Positions 9,539 to 17,492 of a DNA stretch of 24,000 nt are shown here, in pieces (the first letter of the stretch is position 1; each line of letters begins with the position of its first letter). The position numbers and the translations under genes were made by a program. The notes under the pieces were generated by a model. It was not told the origin of the DNA. It made no database searches and worked only from the letters and a program-made list of their open reading frames with translations. Origin of the DNA: Zobellia uliginosa (GTDB taxonomy: Bacteria; Bacteroidota; Bacteroidia; Flavobacteriales; Flavobacteriaceae); NCBI RefSeq assembly GCF_900156625.1, contig NZ_FTOB01000002.1, positions 94,275 through 118,274 of the forward strand, given 5' to 3'.

Positions 9539-9792
9539 ATTTTGGGTCGAATTGGTGGCAAGAATAGTCTATAGCCATCGCAGCATCTACTTGCAAGTAC
9601 TAAGATAGAAAATCGCATATATCCGTAGCCGATAAATTTCGGTTTTAAAAAGGAGGAGGGCAAAATTTGAACCTATCAGCAGGACCTAGGCCGTTCTAGT
9701 GGTTTCCGAACATATGAAGGTCTATTTTCAGTTTGAGGTTTTTATGATATTGGGCAGATCCATCATTTATGGAAGTGAGCCTACCTACAAAT

Positions 9793-9809
9793 AGCCCCGG
9801 GTTGGGGCT
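9793..9809 (-). terminator. Candidate intrinsic terminator hairpin after the RraB/DUF695-like gene
   Basis: AGCCCC-gggtt-GGGGCT has a 6-bp GC stem and lies 28 nt past the stop at 9838. The minus-strand tail is ATTTGT. The + strand tail TTTTG is stronger, so the direction is ambiguous. Confidence 0.45.
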
Positions 9810-9837
9810 TTTGATGGGGTGTGTTGGGGTTTCGGTT

Positions 9838-10614
9838 TTATTCTAGCCTGTTCATGAGTTCCGAGTAAATCTTCCACTCTGGGTCTTCAATGATGCTGAA
9901 CTCGAAATCCCTTTGGTTGCCATGTTCTTTTAGAAAGTCCATTAACCCCGTGGCGCCTTCCTTTTCGTTGGTTACCAGGTAGACCGTTCTTTCCGAATTA
10001 TAGGTGGTCCGCCCAACATAGTAATTGGGAATTTTATTTTGGGTCAAATTATTTTCAACGAATATCTCAAAGTCGTTGAGGTCTTGCAGTTCTTCTTCGG
10101 TCGGTAATTGTGAGGCGCTACCCACCCTGTATTTCGATTTGATCTCGATGAAGTACTGAAACTCATTTTTGTGGGGAAATGGTTCAAAAGCCTTATTGGC
10201 AGAAAGCAAACAGGGAAGGTCATCTATGATAAAGTCCTTCGATGCGAACTGTTCGGGTACCGCATAGGTGTCTCTTTCTATGGGAAGGTTTTTATCGGGG
10301 TTTCCGATGTCGAATCCATCGTACGAGCTTAAGTTGAATTTGTCAGCGACCGCATATAATGTTTTGTTCAGCTCAAAGAGGGAAGTGGCATTATGGCTTT
10401 CTATCCGTTCTAAGTGCAACCAGTATTCGCCCGTGTCATCGGGGTAGATGTCTACGTGTTCGAAGCCTTCACTTTTCAGGAGTTCCGATACCTTTTCCAA
10501 GGTTTGGGGTTCTGAGTTGGTGAAGAAATAACCGTATAGCATGTCAGCGTCGGTATTGACCCCGCTGCTATGCATATGGTCATAGATTTCTTGAATTTTT
10601 TCGAGTGCGATCAT
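9838..10614 (-). CDS. RraB-like / DUF695-like two-domain hypothetical protein
   Basis: The ORF runs to 10692, but the first 26 codons are low-complexity (MKRNRIPLCKAYFSCKKKSNNQQNPT). The start is placed at MIALEKIQ (10614). The family call is from memory of the N-terminal RraB-type fold and the C-terminal YVGRTTY...VYLV pattern. Confidence 0.55.
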   Translation of the reverse strand: MIALEKIQEIYDHMHSSGVNTDADMLYGYFFTNSEPQTLEKVSELLKSEGFEHVDIYPDDTGEYWLHLERIESHNATSLFELNKTLYAVADKFNLSSYDGFDIGNPDKNLPIERDTYAVPEQFASKDFIIDDLPCLLSANKAFEPFPHKNEFQYFIEIKSKYRVGSASQLPTEEELQDLNDFEIFVENNLTQNKIPNYYVGRTTYNSERTVYLVTNEKEGATGLMDFLKEHGNQRDFEFSIIEDPEWKIYSELMNRLE

Positions 10615-10721
10615 AGTGGGATTTTGTTGGTTATTCGATTTTTTCTTACAAGAAAAATATGCCTTACATAGCGGTATTCGATTGCGCTTCATTTATCTCT
10701 TGAAGCTTTTTCTTGAATTAT

Positions 10722-10873
10722 TTACAACGGTTTTGTGTATGGCGCATTGTGTGCGGTAGCCCATAATTTTAAAAAAGGCAGGAAGCAAGGGGAGTGTTGA
10801 AGTAGGGGAGGGCAGGGCAATGAAATACAGGGCTTAAAGGTTTTCTTCGATTATACGCAAGGGTAAGTGTAAG
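10722..10873. repeat. Uninterrupted member (unit F) of the palindrome family, upstream of the RraB/DUF695-like gene
   Basis: The left end TTACAACGGTTTTGTGTATGG closely matches units A (CACAACGAGGTTGTGTATGG) and C (CTAACGGTTTGTATAAG). The right end GATTATACGCAAGGGTAAGTGTAAG matches AATTATACACGG.. / AATTATATACGGTAGTGTTAC. Confidence 0.45.
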
Positions 10874-10935
10874 ATTTCTAGGGAAGTAGGTTTACATTTT
10901 TATCGTAAATGTTAGGCGGACCTTATAAATTAGAA

Positions 10936-10964
10936 AAGGCGTTTGAATTAACTCCAAACGCCTT
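10936..10964 (-). terminator. Rho-independent terminator of the SDR gene
   Basis: AAGGCGTTTG-9 nt loop-CAAACGCCTT is a perfect 10-bp stem. It lies 28 nt after the stop at 10992 and is followed on the minus strand by TTTCTAATTT. Confidence 0.65.
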
Positions 10965-10991
10965 AGGTTTTATATCATGAGCAACGAGACC

Positions 10992-11717
10992 TTATGGTTG
11001 TTGTTTCGTTGCTGCTATTACAATTTCCCTAACATTTACACCTTGGGGTTGATTGTAGGCATACCACATGGCATTCGCAATATCAACAGGATTTAAAATT
11101 TTACCCATCTCTTTTTTCCAATTTTCATACCCTTCTTTGATTTCTTCCGATGTTGTGTGTGAAAGCAATTCTGTTTCTACTGCCCCAGGAGCGATGGTAA
11201 CCATTCTAACATTGGACAAAGCAGCTTCTTCACGTGCATTTTCTGTTATGGCGTGAACACCGAACTTTGTTCCGCAGTAGGCCGCGTGGTTGGCAAAGGT
11301 TTTACGGCCAGCGATTGAACTTGTGTTTATAATTGTTCCTGACTGTCGTGTTTTCATTTGTGGCAAGACGGCTTGCATACCGTTGAGTAGCCCTAAAACG
11401 TTAACGTCGAACATCTTTTTCCATTCTAAGGGGTCTTGGTTCGCAATATCGCCTAAAAGCATCATGCCTGCGTTGTTGATCATGCAATCTACGGGTCCGA
11501 ATTTTTCTTCGGCGGCTGCAATGGCATTTTTTAAGGCATCAATATCGGTAACATCTACTTTTTTACATAAGGTATTGGGTAGGTTAAACCCTTCTATGAG
11601 TTCAATTCTTCTGGCTATTAAAAGCAATGGATGTCCGTTTTTCGAGAATAATTCTGCCGTTGCTTTTCCTATTCCGGAACTCGCCCCTGTAATGACTACT
11701 AATTTTTTACTTGACAT
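10992..11717 (-). CDS. SDR-family oxidoreductase (classical short-chain dehydrogenase)
   Basis: 241 aa with the cofactor motif TGASSGIGKA, NNAG and the catalytic YxxxK (YCGTK). Confidence 0.9.
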   Translation of the reverse strand: MSSKKLVVITGASSGIGKATAELFSKNGHPLLLIARRIELIEGFNLPNTLCKKVDVTDIDALKNAIAAAEEKFGPVDCMINNAGMMLLGDIANQDPLEWKKMFDVNVLGLLNGMQAVLPQMKTRQSGTIINTSSIAGRKTFANHAAYCGTKFGVHAITENAREEAALSNVRMVTIAPGAVETELLSHTTSEEIKEGYENWKKEMGKILNPVDIANAMWYAYNQPQGVNVREIVIAATKQQP

Positions 11718-11878
11718 TTTTTTGAGTTTTTAATTCTGTGTTTTATTATAATTATTGTAAATGATAACTTTGTGAAAATATTTTAAAACACCTGATTGTT
11801 CTTTTAGTAGCACAAATGTATAGGGGGCTTTATGATATTCAAAATACTATTTATATATGTCGATCATAAGTTTAAATT

Positions 11879-12763
11879 ATGGATATAAGGTTGTTGAAAT
11901 TCTTTATCGCGGTTTATGAACAGAAAAATTTAACACGTGCCGCCGAGCAGTGTTTTGTGTCTCAGCCCAATATTTCCAATGGCATAAAGCAGCTTGAGGA
12001 AGAAGTAGGGAAAACACTTTTTGAACGTCATAAAAAGGGCGTGGAACTAAAAACGGAGGCACATTATCTATACCCGATCGCGAAACGTTTGGTAGGGGAA
12101 CTCAAGGGCTTAAATGGATTTTTTAATGAACGAGAGTTTAAAAATAAAATTCAGATCGGCGTTGCCGATAGCTTGCCACAAGAGCATAAACAGCAATTTT
12201 TTAGAACGGCCTCTAAATTATGTGAATCTGTAGAATGGAATACCAAAGAAATTGGAAGGGAGAATGAAATTAATCTGTTGGTAAGGGAATGGAAAAACGA
12301 AGAAGATTTGTTCTTACCCCTCTGGAAGGAGGACTATGTTTTATGTATTCCCAATGGTCATCATTTATTAAATAAAGAGGTGATTGATTTAAAGGATTTA
12401 GAAAGGGAAACATTTATCCATTGTCCTTCTTGTGAAGCACATATACAATGTTTGTCGATCTTGAACAATGAAACGAATAAGATGACGACCGTTGCGAACT
12501 GTTCGTCAAAAACAGAGACCTTGACTATGCTTATGGCAGGTTTAGGGGTTACTTTTTTGCCTGAAGCCTTTATTGATGGTTGGTATGGATTTAAAGTAAA
12601 ACAATTTGACGGACCAAGATATTTTAGGGAAGTTGGCTTGGCGTATCCTCGTAAAAGCCTAAGAAACCCGGCAATTGCAAAAATTATTGAATATTTTTCA
12701 AAGAACGGGTTGAAAGTGAACAAGTTTGACGATTTTGCTTACTCTCTAAAAACGACTTCTTAG
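11879..12763 (+). CDS. LysR-family transcriptional regulator
   Basis: 294 aa with an N-terminal wHTH (LKFFIAVYEQKNLTRAAEQCFVSQPNISNGIKQLEEEVG). It is divergently transcribed from the SDR gene, which is the classic LTTR arrangement. Confidence 0.9.
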   Translation: MDIRLLKFFIAVYEQKNLTRAAEQCFVSQPNISNGIKQLEEEVGKTLFERHKKGVELKTEAHYLYPIAKRLVGELKGLNGFFNEREFKNKIQIGVADSLPQEHKQQFFRTASKLCESVEWNTKEIGRENEINLLVREWKNEEDLFLPLWKEDYVLCIPNGHHLLNKEVIDLKDLERETFIHCPSCEAHIQCLSILNNETNKMTTVANCSSKTETLTMLMAGLGVTFLPEAFIDGWYGFKVKQFDGPRYFREVGLAYPRKSLRNPAIAKIIEYFSKNGLKVNKFDDFAYSLKTTS

Positions 12764-12869
12764 ATTTAGGGTATTTCAAAATTAAGGGGCGATCACGATA
12801 CTTCTGGCGAGAAAAGAAGTCTATCTAAAAGTTTTGATTATTCAAAAAAATATTTGGAAGAAAGTATGT

Positions 12870-12889
12870 ATCTAAACAATTATTTAGAT
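12870..12889. promoter_or_regulatory. Candidate SdpR/ArsR-type operator palindrome
   Basis: ATCTAAACAATTATTTAGAT is palindromic at 18 of 20 positions and ends 23 nt upstream of the sdpR-like ATG. Extra TCTAAA half-sites lie at about 12824 and 12895. Confidence 0.35.
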
Positions 12890-12912
12890 TTTTGTCTAAA
12901 TAACTAAACGAA

Positions 12913-13167
12913 ATGAATTATTTGTTCAAAGCGCTTAATGATGAAACAAGAAGACGGATTATAGAACTATTGAAGGATAAGGATATGAATGCAGGGGAAA
13001 TTGCGGATGAATTTAACATTTCGAAGCCCAGTATTTCGCATCATCTTGATATTCTCAAAAGGGCAGATTTAATAATAAGCGAAAAGAAAGGGCAATTTGT
13101 CGAGTACTCATTAAACACAAGCATATTAGAGGATTTAATGGCTTGGATACTAACCTTAAAAAAATAA
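12913..13167 (+). CDS. ArsR/SmtB-type autorepressor, SdpR family
   Basis: 84 aa. LNDETRRRIIELLKDKDMNAGEIADEFNISKPSISHHLDILKRADLI is a typical SdpR/ArsR wHTH. It lies immediately upstream of an SdpI-like gene. Confidence 0.8.
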   Translation: MNYLFKALNDETRRRIIELLKDKDMNAGEIADEFNISKPSISHHLDILKRADLIISEKKGQFVEYSLNTSILEDLMAWILTLKK

Positions 13168-13169
13168 AC

Positions 13170-13823
13170 ATGAAATTCTCAATACAGAAAGAACTTCCTT
13201 TGATAAGTGTGGTTTTATTGCCTTTTATATACCTGAAATATGTATGGAACGACCTACCGCAAAAAGTTCCCGTACACTGGAATTTACAGGGGGAAATTGA
13301 TAGATATGGCAGCAAGATGGAATTATGGCTAATTCCAATTCTTTTACCCCTTTTAAGCTATATCATCTTTCTTATTGTACCCCATATCGACCCAAAGGGA
13401 AAGATTAAAAATATGGGGGCCAAATATGGTCATCTCAAAATGTGGGTTACCTTACTTATGTCCGTAATATCCATTTTTATTCTCTATACTATAAAAAACC
13501 AGCCCGGCTCGAGTCCGGATTATATCATTCCCTTACTTGGTGTTTTACTACTAATTTTTGGCAATTATTTCCAAACACTAAAGGCCAATTACTTTATCGG
13601 TATCCGAACGCCTTGGACCCTAGAAAACGAAATGGTATGGAAAAGAACACATAGAATCGCAGGGAAACTATGGTTTGTAGGTGGATTGGTGATTCTGCTC
13701 GGCAGTTCTATTTTAGACGGTCAAATTAGCATAAAGTTCGCCTTGGGCATAATAAGCTTGATAGGCCTTTTTCCAATTTTATATTCGTACTTGTTATTTA
13801 GGAAACTAAAAAATCCTGCCTAG
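13170..13823 (+). CDS. SdpI/YhfL-family membrane protein (DUF1648 + SdpI domains)
   Basis: The ATG is 2 nt after the sdpR-like stop. The protein is polytopic, with the pattern PVHWNLQGEIDRYGSK then IGIRTPWTLENEMVWKRTHR that is characteristic of SdpI-type immunity/signal proteins. Confidence 0.75.
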   Translation: MKFSIQKELPLISVVLLPFIYLKYVWNDLPQKVPVHWNLQGEIDRYGSKMELWLIPILLPLLSYIIFLIVPHIDPKGKIKNMGAKYGHLKMWVTLLMSVISIFILYTIKNQPGSSPDYIIPLLGVLLLIFGNYFQTLKANYFIGIRTPWTLENEMVWKRTHRIAGKLWFVGGLVILLGSSILDGQISIKFALGIISLIGLFPILYSYLLFRKLKNPA

Positions 13824-13879
13824 CATACGATAACCGAATCAAGCTTCATGTTTACGACTAATTTTTGAAAACCTTAGAT

Positions 13880-14626
13880 ATGCACAACAAGCTAAAATTG
13901 GGTCTGACCCTATTTGGCCTCGGAATTCTCGGCATACTATCCATGCTCACAATTACTTTTCCAGGGGATATGATACCCAAGGAACTGGTTGAGGCCCTAT
14001 CGCCAGAAACCCTCAAGTATTTATCGTTGATACAACCATCAGTTTTGCTGTTGATTGCTGTCGTTATCGGAACGATGCTCTATGATAAGGTCAATTTACA
14101 GGTACCCTCTATTTCCGATATATTGAAAATTGAAAGTCCTAAAATATCGTTCAAGGAACAAATTAAATTCGGGGTCTTATTTGGGATCATCGCTGGTATA
14201 TTGACAACCTTGGTTACATTCGTTTTTAAAACATCGATTCCTCAAGAGTTTGTCGAAATGCAGGGGAAAGTCCAATTTACCCCTATTGCCAGATTTCTGT
14301 ACGGCGGGATTACCGAAGAAATTTTAATGCGTTTTGGCTTTATGACATTGCTAGTTTGGTCAGCATTTAAAATCACCAAGAATTTAAATGATCTGACGTA
14401 TTGGATCGGAATTGTTTTGGCAAGTCTTTTATTCGCAATAGGACATTTTCCAATGGTGTTTAGCGTAGTAGAAAATCCATCCGCTTTATTTCTGACATTT
14501 GTTATGCTTGGCAATTCCATAGCAGGGTTATTCTTTGGTTGGCTTTATTGGAGGAAGGGACTGGAGGCGGCAATGGTCGCTCATATCATGACCCATGTAA
14601 TACTAATGACCGGGGAAATCATGTAG
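13880..14626 (+). CDS. CPBP-family intramembrane glutamic endopeptidase (CAAX protease/Abi)
   Basis: It carries the CPBP motifs EEILMRFGF (EExxxR), FAIGHF (FxxxH) and a distal HIMTH. The ATG at 13880 is preferred over the TTG at 13865. Confidence 0.8.
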   Translation: MHNKLKLGLTLFGLGILGILSMLTITFPGDMIPKELVEALSPETLKYLSLIQPSVLLLIAVVIGTMLYDKVNLQVPSISDILKIESPKISFKEQIKFGVLFGIIAGILTTLVTFVFKTSIPQEFVEMQGKVQFTPIARFLYGGITEEILMRFGFMTLLVWSAFKITKNLNDLTYWIGIVLASLLFAIGHFPMVFSVVENPSALFLTFVMLGNSIAGLFFGWLYWRKGLEAAMVAHIMTHVILMTGEIM

Positions 14627-14890
14627 GTTTCCCTTCACAAGAATTATCCGGTTTTCAAGAACTTCATTAAAGTTTACATCCGTATGGGTGGGAACTCCTG
14701 CGTGGCAGTTTTTTAATTCCTGCAGGGTAAAAAGTACGGCCGGTTTGACCATCTATATAGTAATGGCAATTCCGTTCCCCTCCTTAGGGATTATTCGCTC
14801 CAATTTAAGTGCTATTCTCGACTACAAACCCCATTTTTGGGATTATAAAGTTGGTAGAATGATTTTTACTACTGTTTAGGCTATTATTTT

Positions 14891-15019
14891 TATACTTTGT
14901 GCTCGTTGCGCGACTATGAATAATATCAATACGCACTTGTTAGGTTATTGGCAAAGAATAATTATGTTTTAAAATTAACCGAGAAAACAGTTGTTTTTTA
15001 ACTCAGTTCTTTGTTGGCA
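14891..15019. repeat. Possible further member (unit G) of the palindrome family downstream of the cupin gene
   Basis: GTTGCGCGACTATGAATAAT resembles GTTGCTTTGCGACTAAAGATAG of unit A. GGCAAAGAATAATTATG resembles GGCAATTAATTATAC. The 11-mer CTTTGTTGGCA (15009-15019, 7 nt from the stop) is identical to the one flanking the IS at 23646-23656. Arm pairing is weak. Confidence 0.3.
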
Positions 15020-15026
15020 GTAGTAT

Positions 15027-15575
15027 TTATTTGACGAATGTGACTCCGTGATTGCTGCAAATGTCTGCTACCTTTTCAAAATCAGGCGGTCCGGAAGGCA
15101 AGTCAGCCAGTTCTTGAAACATTTTTTCAATTCCCGCAGGAATAGCACTTGTAATCATTTTAGCTTTTTCTGAACCTACGACTTTCCAAGCGTGTGGTAA
15201 GTTCTTTGGTGCAAATGCTGTGTCGCCTGCCTTTAATACAGTAGTTGTTCCATCAACCATTATTTCGACCTGTCCTTTGACGACCCTAAAAATCTCGTCT
15301 TCTTTGGTATGTATGTGTGGCGGTATACCAACACCAGGTTCTACATTGTCAACCCACTCCACAATTTGGTTGTCGGTTTCACTTCCGATTAATTTATGGG
15401 TCTGTATATCGCCAATTACGTCTAAAACTTCACCCTCATTGTCCTTTATGATTTTGGGATTGAGATTAGAAAAAAGGACTGTATTTTTAAATTGCTGCTT
15501 GCTGCTTGCTATTCTAGGTATCAACACAATTCCGAGCCCCAAGCCCGTAGTTTGAATAAATTTTTTTCTGTTCAT
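15027..15575 (-). CDS. Exported cupin-domain protein (Tat-like signal)
   Basis: The N-terminus MNRKKFIQTTGLGLGIVLIP is Tat/secretion-like. The cupin_2 core is GIPPHIHTKEDEIFRVVKGQVEI...LPHAW. The ATG at 15575 is preferred to the TTG at 15581. Confidence 0.75.
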   Translation of the reverse strand: MNRKKFIQTTGLGLGIVLIPRIASSKQQFKNTVLFSNLNPKIIKDNEGEVLDVIGDIQTHKLIGSETDNQIVEWVDNVEPGVGIPPHIHTKEDEIFRVVKGQVEIMVDGTTTVLKAGDTAFAPKNLPHAWKVVGSEKAKMITSAIPAGIEKMFQELADLPSGPPDFEKVADICSNHGVTFVK

Positions 15576-15667
15576 AACCAATTGTTCTTTAGTTATGATA
15601 AAGGTAAAGCGAGAAGTTGCTTTAAAAGTTGTGATAAAATCGGTATAACATTAGAATTTCGGAAAAT

Positions 15668-16477
15668 TTAGCTCTTTCTAATTTGAGAAGGCGGCAAGTT
15701 GGTGTGCTTCTTTAGGAAATAGCTGAAATAATCAGGTGAGGAAAAGCCCAATTGATAGGCTATTTCTTTGATGGGCTTATCGGTGAATTTCAATTCGTGG
15801 CGGGCGGTCATCACAAGTTTTTCGGCAATAAGGCTTTTGGCATTTGTTCCTAAAACCTCTTTCACGCACTCGTTCAGGTATTTGTCCGAAACGTGTAATA
15901 GTTGTGCATAGGCCGAAACTTCGTGTTTTTTCGAAAATTGTGTGTCAATCTTTTTCTTGAATTTATAGACCAAGGCAGCTTTTTGGTTATTGTCCGAAAT
16001 AAACGTTTTTATATTGCATTTCCCGTCACAATACACAAAAAAGGTATTCAGAAGTGACAATATAGCCTGCTCTTTATTCGGAAGATTAGTGCTGATGAGT
16101 TCATCGAGCATTTCAAGAATAGATTTTACACGTTTTTCGATACCTGGGGAAAGGTTTATTTTCGGAATCTCATCAGTCGATTTGAAAAAACGCACTTGGG
16201 TAATATGCAGGTTTTTAAAAATAGGGTTGTCCATCAGGGTTCTGGGGATTAATAGCACGTATCCCGATGATGAATCAGTATCAGTTTTATAAAGTTTCCA
16301 ATCAAAGTCAGGGGTAAGGAAAAAAACCGAATTGGATATGTTTTTATATTTTGTTTGGTTTATTTCGATATGGTCAACGCCGTTTTGCAACCAGCACAAC
16401 GTATAACAATCTTCTTCATTTCGCCTTGAAGTTACCTTGTTCAGTATGGGTGATATTTTTATTGTTTGTGTTCGCAT
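15668..16477 (-). CDS. AraC-family transcriptional regulator
   Basis: 269 aa. The C-terminal double HTH (SAYAQLLHVSDKYLNECVKEVLG ... IKEIAYQLGFSSPDYFSYFLKKHTNLPPSQIR) is typical of AraC/XylS. Confidence 0.85.
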   Translation of the reverse strand: MRTQTIKISPILNKVTSRRNEEDCYTLCWLQNGVDHIEINQTKYKNISNSVFFLTPDFDWKLYKTDTDSSSGYVLLIPRTLMDNPIFKNLHITQVRFFKSTDEIPKINLSPGIEKRVKSILEMLDELISTNLPNKEQAILSLLNTFFVYCDGKCNIKTFISDNNQKAALVYKFKKKIDTQFSKKHEVSAYAQLLHVSDKYLNECVKEVLGTNAKSLIAEKLVMTARHELKFTDKPIKEIAYQLGFSSPDYFSYFLKKHTNLPPSQIRKS

Positions 16478-16489
16478 TCTTATATTACT

Positions 16490-16662
16490 GCCAACGGCCC
16501 GGGACTAGGCCCTGCGGATGCGCAGCATACGCGTTAAGGGTCTGGGCTGGGCATCCGTGGGGCTTATCCCTTGTTGTGTTTCGTTTTCCTTCGGGAGGTC
16601 TCTACGGTTTTCTGAGGTCGCTCCCTATATTTTTGCGCCGCCCTTCCCGGGCCGTTGTGGCG
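16490..16662. repeat. Uninterrupted GC-rich attC-like palindrome (unit E), 12 nt upstream of the AraC ATG
   Basis: A perfect 13-bp inverted repeat CAACGGCCCGGGA (16493-16505) / TCCCGGGCCGTTG (16645-16657) has outer boxes GCCAACGG and GTTGTGGCG. Pairing extends further (GCGG..CGCA / TGCG CCGC). Inner hairpins are GGATGC/GCATCC and a CC-UUCG-GG motif. Confidence 0.6.
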
Positions 16663-16753
16663 TATTGAGCGCACCGGGAATCGAAAAAAGGTATGGGTAC
16701 GGAGCGTTGCCCGTCTTGCTTTTTTCGATGTAGGGACGCGGCCGAAGGCAATT

Positions 16754-17489
16754 CGCCACAACGAGGTTGTGTATGGTTAGTTGCTTTGCGACTAAAGATA
16801 GCAAAAGGGGACGAATCTGAGGGAAATTCGGAGAATTTTCAGATTAGAGATTATCAAACTCTGGCAATTAATTATACACGGTGTGTGCCCAGTATGGGCA
16901 TCCTTTACGCTACAGAAATGTAGTTGATTAATCTAGAGGGGGCAAGTCCCTTATGGGCAGGGGTAACGCCTTGAACCATTAGTAAGTCGCAAGGGTGGTA
17001 ACTGCGAAGTTACATCTGAAGAAAGCGCGACTACAAAACTCGGTACCGACGAACAGGAACCGTATACGGAGGCATATTCATCCGGGCAAGCAAGCACATC
17101 ATTGTAACGCCCCAAGAGAACCAAAAGGATGATTATGTAGATACGGCGGTTATCGAGCGAAAGAAGATGTTCTTACCTGGGGAGATCTCTATAACCACGA
17201 GTTGGTATAGTAGAGAAGTCAGCAGAGGTCATAGTACTTACGGGCAACGAGCTAGGGCAATACCCTAGAGGTCTCACAAGTAAGGAAGGACCGAACGTAA
17301 TTCTCTTCAAAATTCGCATAGGAGCACGTGTTGTAGCCTATGTCTAAATTAGAAGATAGTGCCAAGGGTGGAAAGAGCCTTGGTTTGATGATTTACGAAC
17401 CGCCTGTTACGAGACCCGTATGGCAGGTGGTGTGAGAGGCGCAGTCCGTTCCTAACTAGGGGCGGACCCGTCTACTCGATTGTGGTGCG
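16754..17489. repeat. attC-like palindrome unit A, split by the group II intron (16883-17480)
   Basis: The left arm GTGTATGGTTAGTTGC (16769-16784) pairs with GCAATTAATTATACAC (16864-16879) as 13 Watson-Crick plus 3 G.T pairs. The outer box CGCCACAACG (16754-16763) pairs with GGT|TGTGGTGCG across the intron. The unit ends 3 nt from the stop of the 219-aa ORF. Confidence 0.6.
16883..17480 (+). mobile_element. ORF-less group II intron (class C-like), antisense to the flanking genes
   Basis: The 5' end GUGUGCCCAGUAUGGGCA fits GUGYG plus the domain I stem. The string GAAGUCAGCAGAGGUCAUAGUA is typical of bacterial introns. A domain V-like 33-nt hairpin lies at 17399-17431 (ACCGCCUG/CAGGUGGU, CGC triad, 3'-side bulge). 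Domain VI (17433-17478) has a bulged A at 17474, 7 nt from the AU 3' end. No + strand ORF of 60 aa or more lies inside. The 5' boundary is uncertain by 2 nt (16881 or 16883). Confidence 0.75.
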
Positions 17490-17492
17490 TTT

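Noticed and set aside
14688-14879. 63-aa ORF, and a weak CTGC-gtg-GCAG-TTTTTT hairpin (about 14699-14715) considered as the CPBP terminator
   Set aside because: The ORF has no support. The hairpin stem is only 4 bp, so a terminator call is not justified.
16881-16889. Shared TGTGCC at the 5' ends of both the intron (GTGTGCC) and the IS copies (TGTGCCTG), considered as part of the target or as a sign of mis-set boundaries
   Set aside because: The string is invariant in all IS copies, while the flanks vary. It also fits the intron GUGYG consensus. I treat it as coincidence but cannot exclude a 1-2 nt boundary error.
16351-16923. Four overlapping ORFs (105, 71, 65, 76 aa) on both strands in the GC-rich block
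   Set aside because: They overlap each other in different frames and strands. They are Arg/Pro/Gly-rich, as expected from GC-rich non-coding DNA, and they coincide with strong inverted repeats and the intron 5' end.
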